A stretch of DNA of 64,000 nucleotides from Pseudomonadota bacterium. GTDB lineage: Bacteria; Pseudomonadota; Alphaproteobacteria; Caulobacterales; Parvularculaceae. This document shows, piece after piece, positions 47,072-56,296 of this stretch. Under the pieces are notes generated by a model, which made no database searches, was not told where the DNA came from, and saw only the letters and a list, made by a program, of their open reading frames with translations. The position numbers were made by a program, and so were the translations under genes. Within the stretch, counting starts at the first letter, position 1. Each line of letters begins with the position of its first letter. Where the stretch lies: NCBI GenBank assembly GCA_038534195.1, contig JBCAXE010000014.1:2604-66603 (forward strand), written 5' to 3'.

Positions 47072-47593
47072 ATGGCCTTCAGGAGCGAATTTGACCAAAG
47101 GAGCGTGCGACAAATGACAAAGATGGGTTTTGCAGAAGGCGGATGCGCTTGCAGCGCTGTTCGTTACCGAATGACAGCGCCCCCCATCTTCGTTCATTGC
47201 TGTCACTGCACATGGTGTCAGCGCGAAAGCGGGTCGGCCTTTGCGGTCAACGCGCTCATCGAAGCGTCCGAAGTGGCGCTCCTGAAGGGACAAGCAGTGC
47301 GTGTCAGCGTGCCAACGGCGAGCGGCCGGGGACAGACTTTCACCCGATGTCCCTCTTGCAGCGTCGGGCTTTGGAGCAATTACAGCGGGGCCGGCGAGCG
47401 TATCAATTTCATTCGTGTCGGAACGTTAGACGATCCCAGTTTGGCGCCGCCCGATATCCACATTTATACGTCCAGCATGCAGCCTTGGGTGACCTTGCCG
47501 AATGAGGCAGTCGCGAAAACTGGATACTATAAGCGCGACGCACATTGGCCGGCGGACAGCATCAGGCGTTACGACGCCGCTCGCGCTGCCTAG
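47072..47593 (+). CDS. GFA-family Cys-rich protein (second copy in window)
   Basis: GGCACSAVRY...CCHCTWCQRESGSAF...CPSCSVGLWSNY. The true start may be an internal Met (47114 or 47123). Confidence 0.75.
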   Translation: MAFRSEFDQRSVRQMTKMGFAEGGCACSAVRYRMTAPPIFVHCCHCTWCQRESGSAFAVNALIEASEVALLKGQAVRVSVPTASGRGQTFTRCPSCSVGLWSNYSGAGERINFIRVGTLDDPSLAPPDIHIYTSSMQPWVTLPNEAVAKTGYYKRDAHWPADSIRRYDAARAA

Positions 47594-48897
47594 TTTTCTA
47601 GCGCCCCAAAGGCAATGGACCGGACGAGATCACCTGCGCGCGACGGTTTGTCATTTGGACCAGGCTCACGTTGCGCGAGGACCACATAGGCGAGCCTGTC
47701 CTGGGGGCTGATCGCGAATGTGGTGTCGTAATAACCACCCCAACCGAATTGGCCCGCCGCGGACATGTTACCGGAAAGGCCTGGCTCTTCAAGGACCCAT
47801 CCGCCGAGACCAAAGGTCAAGCCGCCGTTACGCCATTCCTCAGGCCGCGCCTCAGCGGGAACATGGCTGTCCAGCATCAGCCTGACAGTAGCGGGTGATA
47901 TGATGCGCGCGCCTTCGAGCTCCCCTTCATTCAATAGCATTTGCAAAAATCTTACGTAGTCGCCCGCAGTGGAAACCAACCCGGCGCCGCCGGAATACCA
48001 GCCTGTTCCATTCTTGTTCGGAGAGCCGCTCAATCCGCCGCCGTCAAACGGAATCATGGCCCCTTCATCGTCAAACGTATAGACGGTCGCGAGCCGGTCA
48101 AAGTCGGACTGATCAAAGAAAAATTCCGTATCCGCCATTTTCAAAGGCGTGAAGATATTGGTGTCCATGAATGCTTCCAGCGACATTCCCGAAGCGATCT
48201 CGACAATGCGACCAGCTACGTCCGTGGCGAAACTGTACTGCCATTTTTCGCCGGGTTGCTGATAGAGTGGGTATTCCGTGATGACATCAATGCGCGACTT
48301 TAGATCGCCATCGTTTGCAAGGACGCCTCGCTCTAGAATCGCTTTTCCAAGATCTGTCTGATTGTCAAAGACATAACCAAGGCCGGCCGTATGGGTGAGC
48401 AAGTGATGGATCGTCACAGGGCGTGCAAGCGCTTCGGTCGGAATAGCGCCTGTTTCGTCTTTGAAAGGCGATGTGGCGACGCGCATGTCTGCGAACGCCG
48501 GGATATAGAGAGCAACGGGGTCGTTCAAAAGAACGCGACCTTCTTCAACGAGCATCAGCAATGCGACCGTTGTTATCGGCTTCGTCATGCTGGCGATGCG
48601 GAAGCGTGTTTCTGCCGACATCGCGGTCGACGCTTCTATGTCAGCAAGGCCGACAGCGGTCGTGTGGAGCACCTTCCTCTCATCTGCGATCATTGCGACA
48701 AAGCCTGACCGGACGCCCCGATCGACCTCATCCTGCAGCACGGCCTCAATTCGCGCGTATTGATCTGCGGCGCTCTTATCCGCCGGTGAGACGCTTGCGA
48801 GGTTTGCGGCGGAGACGTTGGTGCTCTCATCGGCGGATTTCGCGCAAGCCGCCAAAGCGAGCGATAGTGCGAGCGCTGCGCGCAAGATGTTTTTCAT
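47590..48897 (-). CDS. Serine hydrolase, beta-lactamase/penicillin-binding (class C-like) family lipoprotein
   Basis: Lipobox LALAAC after MKNILRAALALS, and the SxxK motif ASMTKP. The ATG at 48897 follows GGAGAGAGG. Confidence 0.8.
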   Translation of the reverse strand: MKNILRAALALSLALAACAKSADESTNVSAANLASVSPADKSAADQYARIEAVLQDEVDRGVRSGFVAMIADERKVLHTTAVGLADIEASTAMSAETRFRIASMTKPITTVALLMLVEEGRVLLNDPVALYIPAFADMRVATSPFKDETGAIPTEALARPVTIHHLLTHTAGLGYVFDNQTDLGKAILERGVLANDGDLKSRIDVITEYPLYQQPGEKWQYSFATDVAGRIVEIASGMSLEAFMDTNIFTPLKMADTEFFFDQSDFDRLATVYTFDDEGAMIPFDGGGLSGSPNKNGTGWYSGGAGLVSTAGDYVRFLQMLLNEGELEGARIISPATVRLMLDSHVPAEARPEEWRNGGLTFGLGGWVLEEPGLSGNMSAAGQFGWGGYYDTTFAISPQDRLAYVVLAQREPGPNDKPSRAGDLVRSIAFGALEN

Positions 48898-48979
48898 GCC
48901 TCTCTCCGGATAAGTCAGCGGCATCGGAACCAGACTGCACAATGATGTCAACTCAAATGGGAGGCGATTGAGCCGCCGC

Positions 48980-49543
48980 TCATGGTTGGTAGATGAAGAA
49001 ACTCAACTGGCTTCCGCCATATAAGCGATTGTCGCTGCAAACATATTTTTCGACTTCCGGCGGTTCCTCGTCTTTCGATTGTTCGATAATGATCGTCGCG
49101 CCAGAGCGGAGCCAGCCGCCTTTGTCGAGTTCTTGCAACGCGAGCGGTGCGAAATTGTTGCGGTATGGCGGGTCTAGAAACGCGACGTCAAATGGCTCCC
49201 CAGCGCTCGCCGGACGCGCGCCGAGACTCGTCGCCGAGCGCCGATGAAGTCTGGTCCGCCCGAAAAGGCCAAGCGTGTCAATATTTTCGCGGATTGCACC
49301 GCGCGCTGCAGCATCGGTTTCCACAAACAGAGCGAAAGCCGCGCCCCTCGAAATCGCCTCAAGCCCAAGCGCTCCCGAGCCGGCAAACAGATCAATCACG
49401 CGCGCGCCCTTGAAGAGTTCCGGTTTTTGTGAGGCCAGAATGTTGAAAAGCGACTCGCGGTTTCGATCTGTTGTGGGACGAGATGTGTCCCCCTTAGGCG
49501 CAATGATCTTTCGGCCTCGCAACTCTCCGCCAACAATGCGCAC
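48980..49543 (-). CDS. rsmD: 16S rRNA (guanine966-N2)-methyltransferase RsmD
   Basis: MRIVGGELRGRKIIAPKGDTSRPTTDRNRESLFNIL, DLFAGSGALGLEAISRGA and FLDPPY. Confidence 0.88.
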   Translation of the reverse strand: MRIVGGELRGRKIIAPKGDTSRPTTDRNRESLFNILASQKPELFKGARVIDLFAGSGALGLEAISRGAAFALFVETDAAARGAIRENIDTLGLFGRTRLHRRSATSLGARPASAGEPFDVAFLDPPYRNNFAPLALQELDKGGWLRSGATIIIEQSKDEEPPEVEKYVCSDNRLYGGSQLSFFIYQP

Positions 49544-49544
49544 G

Positions 49545-49733
49545 TCAGTCTTCTTCTTCTTTCTGGATTTTATGCGCCGCCACGTGAAGCGTGTTCGCGT
49601 TCATCGCTTTTTTGTCCAGAGCTTTTTCCGCATTCGTCCTACCGAATTTTGCGCGATTTTCGATCGCGCGTTGTTCTTTGTCCTGACGCGCTTTGCGTTT
49701 GCGTGCTTTATTTAGGTTCGTGACATTACCCAT
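49545..49733 (-). CDS. Small basic DUF4169-like protein (62 aa)
   Basis: NLNKARKRKARQDKEQRAIENRAKFGRTNAEKALDKK matches the DUF4169 pattern as I remember it. Tightly packed with rsmD. Confidence 0.6.
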   Translation of the reverse strand: MGNVTNLNKARKRKARQDKEQRAIENRAKFGRTNAEKALDKKAMNANTLHVAAHKIQKEEED

Positions 49734-49742
49734 TAGTGTGGA

Positions 49743-50168
49743 CTACCACGAACAATCGAAGCCGTCACACCCGCCAAAGTCGCCGCAATCTGGGGAACTG
49801 GATTTACCGCCGCCAATGCGCGGAAAACCACACGCACCACAATCGCAGTAACGATCATACCATCTTTCGCGCTTCGTTTTCTTGCCCGAAGCGGACGGTT
49901 CGGCCGTACGGTTTTCTGCTGCTAGAGCCAGACGCGCTTTTTTGCATTCAGTCAATCGCGAGTTCAGAAGAGACCAACCCTGCCTGTAACCTGAGCTTTT
50001 GAAGGCTGACAGTCCAAAATCCGAACAACTCCCATCGTCATGAACGCGTTGGTGGGGGCAGCGAAAGCCTTTCGCTGGCGATAGAAACCGACGGTAAAAA
50101 TGGATTGCGATAACGACAAGCTGCCCAAGCGCCCTGTCTAAGCCTACGCGAGCCCAATTTCCGTACAA
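49743..50168 (-). CDS. YidD-like (DUF37) protein with Cys-rich C-terminal extension
   Basis: IAIHFYRRFLSPAKGFRCP...SCSDFGLSAFKSSGYRQGWSLLNSRLTEC resembles YidD. The tail is YCDCGACGFP...PDCGDFGGCDGFDCSW. It overlaps the rluB 3' end by 25 nt. Confidence 0.45.
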   Translation of the reverse strand: MYGNWARVGLDRALGQLVVIAIHFYRRFLSPAKGFRCPHQRVHDDGSCSDFGLSAFKSSGYRQGWSLLNSRLTECKKARLALAAENRTAEPSASGKKTKRERWYDRYCDCGACGFPRIGGGKSSSPDCGDFGGCDGFDCSW

Positions 50169-50923
50169 ATCTTCTTCCCAAGTTGCTCCTTCATTTGTTT
50201 TGCCGGAATTTCCTCAACAATTCCCTTCTTGAGCGCCCCGAGTTGAAACGGCCCATAGGCCGTCCGGATGAGCCGATTAACCTGAAGGCCAAGATGGCGG
50301 CAAACGGTCCGCACTTCGCGGTTTTTCCCCTCATTGATTGACATTGAGAGCCATACATTGCCGCCTTGCTGGCTTTCGAATTGAGCGCGGATCGGGCGGT
50401 AATCGACCCCGTCAATCGTTACCCCCTCGGCTAACGCGTCAAGCGCATGTTGAGTGACGCGACCGTATGCACGAACACGATAACGCCTTGTCCAACCGGT
50501 CTCTGGCAATTCAAGCATTCTGGAAAGACCGCCATCGTTGGTCAGAAGAAGCAGGCCCTCAGTGTTGAGATCGAGTCGGCCAACGGAGATCACCCGAGGC
50601 AGCCGATCGGATACAGCGTCGAAAACGGTTGGTCTTCCTTGTGGGTCTTGATGGGTCGTCACGAGACCAGCGGGCTTGTGATAGCGCCATAATCTCGCCG
50701 GCTCTTTTTCGCCGACACGTACGCCATCGACACGGATATCCATCTCTGGCGTCACCTTAAAGGCTGGTGTTGTCAGTGTAACGCCGTCGACTGTCACAAT
50801 GCCCTGTTCGATAAGGCGCTCGGCCTCGCGGCGGGATGCGACCCCGGCGCGCGCCAGCACTTTGGCGATGCGTTCGCCATCTTCCGCGGGCTTGGATGCG
50901 TCGCTTGCTGAGGTGGGGTTCAT
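50144..50923 (-). CDS. rluB: RsuA/RluB-family pseudouridine synthase
   Basis: S4 domain ERIAKVLARAGVASRREAERLIEQGIVTVDG and catalytic region VGRLDLNTEGLLLLTNDG. Confidence 0.85.
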   Translation of the reverse strand: MNPTSASDASKPAEDGERIAKVLARAGVASRREAERLIEQGIVTVDGVTLTTPAFKVTPEMDIRVDGVRVGEKEPARLWRYHKPAGLVTTHQDPQGRPTVFDAVSDRLPRVISVGRLDLNTEGLLLLTNDGGLSRMLELPETGWTRRYRVRAYGRVTQHALDALAEGVTIDGVDYRPIRAQFESQQGGNVWLSMSINEGKNREVRTVCRHLGLQVNRLIRTAYGPFQLGALKKGIVEEIPAKQMKEQLGKKICTEIGLA

Positions 50924-50985
50924 GGTTAATCGGTCCTTAATCCGAAGAAATTAAGGGTGAATATTGAAGAGGAATTGATTGCGTC

Positions 50986-51723
50986 ATGGACTTGAAAGAA
51001 GAAGCGGCGATCAGCGGGGATCCATCTCACCACTGGTATTACATTTCAAAGGGGAGGGCGATCAAGAGTCTTCTTGACGGTCAACGCGCAGACGCGATGT
51101 TGGATGTGGGAGCGGGTTCCGGCGTATTTTCCCGGATGCTCTTACAGGAGGGGGTATGCAACCGTGCGACCTGTGTCGATCCGAATTATTCAAATGCGTG
51201 GTTAGAGCAAACTAACGATGTGCCAATTGGTTTCACCAGAAGCGTCGGCGCAGTTGATGCATCCCTCGTCCTAATGATTGATGTCGTTGAGCATGTCGAT
51301 GACGACAAAGGTTTGATTCGGGAGTATGCGAAAAAGGCTGATATTGGAACTCGTTTCCTAATTTCGGCCCCGGCATTTCAATTCCTCTGGTCGTCGCACG
51401 ATACCTTTCTTGAGCACCGTCGCCGGTACACCGAAGGCGATTTAGAGGCCACTGTGCGAGCGGCCGGACTTCAGCCACTTAAATCGAGATACTTTTTTGG
51501 CCTTCTTTTTCCGGCCGCAGTCGCATTGCGGGCAATGGATAGGGCTCTAAAGGGTAAGGGTGAGGCTAGTCGCAGCGCGCTCAAGACAGCTCCGGACTGG
51601 CTAAACAAGACGCTTGTTGCAATCCACGATGTCGAACGCATCGCACTACTTCCCTTTAATCGTATCGCTGGGGTCACGGTTTTTTGTCTTGCTGAGAAAC
51701 GTACTGACGGGATATTTGATTAA
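50986..51723 (+). CDS. Class I SAM-dependent methyltransferase
   Basis: Motif I MLDVGAGSGVFSRMLL and post-I/II segments VLMIDVVEHVDDD. Confidence 0.75.
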   Translation: MDLKEEAAISGDPSHHWYYISKGRAIKSLLDGQRADAMLDVGAGSGVFSRMLLQEGVCNRATCVDPNYSNAWLEQTNDVPIGFTRSVGAVDASLVLMIDVVEHVDDDKGLIREYAKKADIGTRFLISAPAFQFLWSSHDTFLEHRRRYTEGDLEATVRAAGLQPLKSRYFFGLLFPAAVALRAMDRALKGKGEASRSALKTAPDWLNKTLVAIHDVERIALLPFNRIAGVTVFCLAEKRTDGIFD

Positions 51724-51784
51724 GAAAGACCCCAGCATCTCGTACCTAAGCGAGCATGTTGCTATTATTCTTCGGAGAGCGGTT

Positions 51785-52147
51785 ATGACGCGGATTTTCT
51801 TGGCAGTGTTTTTATTTCTCTTCCCGACTTCGCTTTTTGCGGGGGAAGCCGACGTTATCGACGCTACGGCTAAGAAGACGGGCGACGGCGTCTACCGCAT
51901 CGCCGCAACAGTTCGCCATGCTGATGACGGCTGGGACCATTACGCAAACCGGTGGGAAGTACTCGACAAGGACGGCGTTGTGTTAGCCACCCGTGTTCTC
52001 GCCCATCCCCACGACGATGAGCAACCCTTCACGCGCTCGCTTTCGGGCATAAAAATTCCGGGGGGCGCCGACTTCGTCATTATCCGGGCTCATGATTCAG
52101 TGCACGGATATGGCGGTGCGGAATTCAAGCTCGTATTAAAAAAGTGA
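51785..52147 (+). CDS. Small secreted protein of unknown function (120 aa)
   Basis: Signal peptide MTRIFLAVFLFLFPTSLFAGEA. His/Asp-rich mature part (RHADDGWDHYANRW...AHPHDDEQPF). The 5' part of the track ORF overlaps the methyltransferase gene and is rejected. Confidence 0.55.
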   Translation: MTRIFLAVFLFLFPTSLFAGEADVIDATAKKTGDGVYRIAATVRHADDGWDHYANRWEVLDKDGVVLATRVLAHPHDDEQPFTRSLSGIKIPGGADFVIIRAHDSVHGYGGAEFKLVLKK

Positions 52148-52608
52148 CAGCACAGGTTGATGAGACGATGATGCGCCTCGCCCTCGACGCCGCGCACGCC
52201 GCGGCGGAGGCGGGGGAAACGCCCGTGGGCGCCGTCATCATAAGCGCTGAAGGCGACGTGCTTGCGCAAGCCGGGAACGCGCCGATTTTCTCGCACGACC
52301 CAACCGCACATGCCGAAATTCGGGCGATCCGAGAGGCGGCGGCGCGGCTGGGGAATTATCGCCTCACGGGCGCCCATCTCTACGTGACGCTTGAGCCCTG
52401 CGCCATGTGTGCGGGAGCGATTTCCCACGCGCGGATCGCCCGGCTGATTATCGCCACCTCCGATCCGAAGGGCGGCGCCGTTTGGCATGGGCCGAAGTTT
52501 TTTGAACAAGCCACCTGCCATTGGAAGCCGGAAGTTGTGGCGGGACCATTCGCCGATGAGGCCAGCGCGCTTTTGAAGGACTTCTTTCGCGCGCGCCGGA
52601 AAAACTAG
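52144..52608 (+). CDS. tadA: tRNA adenosine(34) deaminase TadA
   Basis: CDA motifs HAEIRAIREAA and LYVTLEPCAMCAGAI. The GTG start overlaps the upstream stop (GTGA at 52144-52147). Confidence 0.9.
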   Translation: MTAQVDETMMRLALDAAHAAAEAGETPVGAVIISAEGDVLAQAGNAPIFSHDPTAHAEIRAIREAAARLGNYRLTGAHLYVTLEPCAMCAGAISHARIARLIIATSDPKGGAVWHGPKFFEQATCHWKPEVVAGPFADEASALLKDFFRARRKN

Positions 52609-53429
52609 CGATGCAGTTCTCCATACAATAAGCAGTGATCTGAAAATTTCTCGATCCACGCTTTCTTTTTTGATGCCGTCGTCTCTTCAACCCACCCCTT
52701 GACGGCGACCTCAGCCGCGCCGAACTTTTTGAATGTCAAATGTTCAGCAGCGTAGACGTGGTCGAGGCTCGACGGCTCCCAGTTGTCTTTTCCATTCCAC
52801 CATGTTTGCGCGTGTGTTTTCTCCAGGCGGCGCATGCCGTTGATTTTGGCGCCCATTCTTTTATCGACGAAAGCCAGTTCCTGCGCGCCATCAAGATTGA
52901 TTTTATCGTTATATGACGGGTCCATGCCCATCGTGTTGATGTCGCCGAGGGCGACAAAATTTGCCTTACGATTATTGGGCGTTATCTTGTCGATTTTTCT
53001 TTTCAGACTGCTTACATGAGCGAACATGTCGTCGCGCAATCCCCAGTCGCGAGGGCCGTCAAAACTTTTCAAGTGCAGGAACAGGAAACTGTAATTCTGG
53101 CCCTCTTTTGTGATTGTGGCGAGCGCGCCTGGGCGCAGCGTCGGCACTTTTGACTGAAGCTCATCGCGCTGCGTGACGAAGCTGGTCAAACTGTTTCGCA
53201 CGCCTACGAGAATTTCCGGTAAGGCCGAGTTTGCAGTCTCGGTGATCGTGAAATGATAATTCGGCATTTTCTCGACCATCGCCGAGAAAACTGCGGCCCC
53301 TTTGACCTCATAGAGGGCGAAGACGTCCGGGTTTTCATTGGCGATTTGGTCGACAACGCGATCAACGCGTGCTCGTTTATTGCTGAAATTCTCAACATTC
53401 CAGGACAGAAATGATAGGATTTTCGCCAT
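52605..53429 (-). CDS. Endonuclease/exonuclease/phosphatase (EEP) family protein
   Basis: LSFLSWNVENF N-terminus, GDINTMG, and C-terminal SDHCLLYGEL. The ATG at 53429 follows GGAGG. Confidence 0.75.
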   Translation of the reverse strand: MAKILSFLSWNVENFSNKRARVDRVVDQIANENPDVFALYEVKGAAVFSAMVEKMPNYHFTITETANSALPEILVGVRNSLTSFVTQRDELQSKVPTLRPGALATITKEGQNYSFLFLHLKSFDGPRDWGLRDDMFAHVSSLKRKIDKITPNNRKANFVALGDINTMGMDPSYNDKINLDGAQELAFVDKRMGAKINGMRRLEKTHAQTWWNGKDNWEPSSLDHVYAAEHLTFKKFGAAEVAVKGWVEETTASKKKAWIEKFSDHCLLYGELHR

Positions 53430-53597
53430 GAGACCGCCTCCGTCTGTGCTTGCAATTGGGCAGGTTAAATTTAGGCGGGTTTTGGAAGACAGGCGACCCA
53501 ATCCCGAGTGAACGTGTGCGGTAGGTAACTGCTTTTGGTCCTTTTATCGGGCCGCCCTTGGCCTATGATATCAATCAAACAGTGAGGAGAGCCCACA

Positions 53598-54821
53598 ATG
53601 GATTTTGAGTATTCCGACCGTTGCAAAGACTATATGCGCCGCGTTTCCGACTTCATGGATAAGTACGTCTATGAGGGAAATGAGGAATATCATCGTCAGC
53701 ATGCAGAGTACGGTCCGGGCGAAGGCCGATGGAAAGTGCCGCCGATTATTGATGAACTCAAGGATAAGGCGAAATCGGAGGGCCTTTGGAATATGTTCCA
53801 TCCCGATCCGAAATTCGGACCGGGTTTATCCAACGCCGATTACGCGCCGATCGCGGAATTGACCGGCCGCTGCCATATCGCGCCGGAAGTTTTTAACTGT
53901 GCGGCGCCCGATACCGGAAATATGGAGGTCCTTTCCCGCTACGGCACGCCGGAACAACAGGAGGAATGGCTCCACCCATTGCTTGATGGAAAAATTCGCT
54001 CCGCCTTTTTGATGACCGAGCCGCGGGTCGCATCGTCGGACGCAACGAATATTGAAACCGAAATCAAACGCGATGGCGACGATTATATCATCAACGGTCG
54101 CAAATGGTGGTCGTCAGGGGCAGGCGACCCGCGCTGTAAGATTTTTATTGTGATGGGTAAAACTGACAAAACGGCGGATCGTCACAAGCAGCAATCGCAA
54201 ATTCTTGTTCCGGCCGATGCGCCGGGGGTGAAGGTTCTCCGGCATTTGCCGGTGTTCGGTTATGATGACGCGCCGCACGGACATATGGAGGTTGAGCTCG
54301 ATAACGTCCGGGTGCCGAAGGAAAATATTATCCTTGGCGAGGGACGGGGTTTTGAAATTGCGCAAGGCCGCCTTGGGCCGGGTCGCATCCACCACTGCAT
54401 GCGCACGATCGGCGCCGCTGAAGTTGCGCTCGAAAAAATGGTGAAACGTTTGCTTACGCGTGAGGCGTTCGGCAAGCCGATTTATAAACATTCGATCTGG
54501 GAACAGCGTGTTGCAGAAGCACGTATTGATATCGAGATGGCGAGGTTGCTTACGCTCAAAGCGGCGTGGATGATGGACACGGTCGGCAACAAGGTGGCGC
54601 AGGGCGAGATCGCAATGATCAAGGTCGCGGCGCCGCGGATGGCGCTAAAGATCATCGATGACGCGATCCAGGCCCACGGCGGCGGGGGCGTCAGCAACGA
54701 TTTCGGTCTGGCTTATGCGTATGCGGGGCTGCGCACGTTGCGTCTTGCCGACGGGCCGGATGAAGTCCATTGCCGGTCGATATCGCGCATTGAATTTAAA
54801 AAACACTCAAACGCCGTATAA
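53598..54821 (+). CDS. Acyl-CoA dehydrogenase
   Basis: 407 aa with ACAD N, M and C domain patterns ([17 protein letters not shown]; [14 protein letters not shown]; [16 protein letters not shown]; [18 protein letters not shown]). Confidence 0.9.
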   Translation: MDFEYSDRCKDYMRRVSDFMDKYVYEGNEEYHRQHAEYGPGEGRWKVPPIIDELKDKAKSEGLWNMFHPDPKFGPGLSNADYAPIAELTGRCHIAPEVFNCAAPDTGNMEVLSRYGTPEQQEEWLHPLLDGKIRSAFLMTEPRVASSDATNIETEIKRDGDDYIINGRKWWSSGAGDPRCKIFIVMGKTDKTADRHKQQSQILVPADAPGVKVLRHLPVFGYDDAPHGHMEVELDNVRVPKENIILGEGRGFEIAQGRLGPGRIHHCMRTIGAAEVALEKMVKRLLTREAFGKPIYKHSIWEQRVAEARIDIEMARLLTLKAAWMMDTVGNKVAQGEIAMIKVAAPRMALKIIDDAIQAHGGGGVSNDFGLAYAYAGLRTLRLADGPDEVHCRSISRIEFKKHSNAV

Positions 54822-54845
54822 GCGTTTTTACCGTTCGGGCGCCGA

Positions 54846-55820
54846 ATGAGCCATAATGTTTATTTTTTCAATGGCCGCCGGCGCCCGATTTCTCTTAATT
54901 CAGTTGTCGCCTATTTCTCGGACCGCGCATACTGGTCCGTGGATGCGGATGCCGCGCAAGTCGCTTACCTGAATTCAGATACGCATGTTTCGTTCGTCGC
55001 GCGAATTCGTGAGAGCGGCGCTTCCAACGCATGTCTGGAGATTCCGAAACCAAGCGTCGCATTCCAGGTCAACTATTTCAGGCCGCCCTTCTTTGGTGAT
55101 GAGGCGGCTATTGAGCTGAGCGCCTTCAGAGAATTCTTCGATCCTGAGTTCGTTGATCCGCAGGCCGGTGTGTTATCATCAAATGATACGATAACATATT
55201 TTTCGAACGGTTTCCTGTCGCATTATCGCGTCGGGAACGCAAAGGCGTACGTAACAATTATAGAGCGTCTCCGAGAAGAGGGCGGCGCCATTCCACCATG
55301 CGTTGCTGAAACGAAATTAATGGACGCTTGGCGATGGAATAGGCTGCGCAAACCAAGCCTTGAAAAATATTTCCGGGATAGCGGCCAGGATGTGTGCGTT
55401 GCATCCTCAATATGGGCGACAATCCCTGAAGAAGGGGGACGGCCGCTTTGCGTTGCGACGTGGACGGATGGCGCTCGCGCTGCGATCCCTACGTTTGTTG
55501 ATCGAATCATCCTCATCGCTGACGGCATCCGGAGACGGCGCCGCGGGATCTCGTCGCTCTTGTTCAGAAGCAACTCAGAAGCAACCATGTGTATGGTACA
55601 CGTGGATGATGTTGCAGGTTTGAATTGTGCGTCGGCGAAAACACACGATAATGCGCCTTACATCTTTGTCGACTCCGATGTTAGCGACCCGCCGCGGGAA
55701 GTGATCGACTTGTATCGCCGCCCGCAGCCGCCTTTGTCTGAAAGTTTTCAGGTTACGCCATCTGATGAAATTCTGAGCGCGGACTTGATGGCTGAGGCGC
55801 GATCAAACGCCAAGCGATAA
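54846..55820 (+). CDS. Hypothetical protein (324 aa), no family recognised
   Basis: Long ORF with no competing ORF of similar length. No TM or signal sequence and no recognisable motif. Confidence 0.5.
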   Translation: MSHNVYFFNGRRRPISLNSVVAYFSDRAYWSVDADAAQVAYLNSDTHVSFVARIRESGASNACLEIPKPSVAFQVNYFRPPFFGDEAAIELSAFREFFDPEFVDPQAGVLSSNDTITYFSNGFLSHYRVGNAKAYVTIIERLREEGGAIPPCVAETKLMDAWRWNRLRKPSLEKYFRDSGQDVCVASSIWATIPEEGGRPLCVATWTDGARAAIPTFVDRIILIADGIRRRRRGISSLLFRSNSEATMCMVHVDDVAGLNCASAKTHDNAPYIFVDSDVSDPPREVIDLYRRPQPPLSESFQVTPSDEILSADLMAEARSNAKR

Positions 55821-55859
55821 AGTCGTATCACCCACGAATTTCAGAACGGAGTCGCACAC

Positions 55860-56267
55860 ATGTTATCGCCAATCATCGCCCTGATAGCGTGGACCTTGAT
55901 CGTCTGGGTCTGGATGTATGCGACGCGATTGCCGGCGATACGTGCGGCGGGCATTGATCCAAACGCGCATATTCACCCTGGCGCGCTTGATCAATTACCT
56001 GCGCCTGTGCGCGTTGTGGCTGATAATTATAATCATCTGCATGAGCAGCCGACTGTGTTTTATGCGCTCGCCTTCGCTGCGCATTTGTCTGGCGCCGCCG
56101 ACAGCGTTAATATTGCACTGGCGTGGGCTTATGTGGTGTTGCGCATTGTCCACTCGTTTGCGCAAATCGTATTGAAGAATGTCGTCATACGATTTTTGGT
56201 TTTTGCGTTATCGACGCTCATGCTGATTATTATCACTGTCCGAACGACTATCGTTGTAGCGGGATAG
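55860..56267 (+). CDS. MAPEG-family membrane protein
   Basis: 135 aa with about 4 TM helices. The segment VADNYNHLHEQPTVFYALAFAAHL is typical of bacterial MAPEG proteins. Confidence 0.65.
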   Translation: MLSPIIALIAWTLIVWVWMYATRLPAIRAAGIDPNAHIHPGALDQLPAPVRVVADNYNHLHEQPTVFYALAFAAHLSGAADSVNIALAWAYVVLRIVHSFAQIVLKNVVIRFLVFALSTLMLIIITVRTTIVVAG

Positions 56268-56296
56268 TTCGGGCGGCCTTTGCGAAAGGATTGTTT

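Noticed and set aside
46760-47293. 177-aa minus-strand ORF spanning the DUF2236 start and the GFA gene
   Set aside because: It overlaps two better-supported genes, has an Arg-rich shadow-type translation and no recognisable motif.
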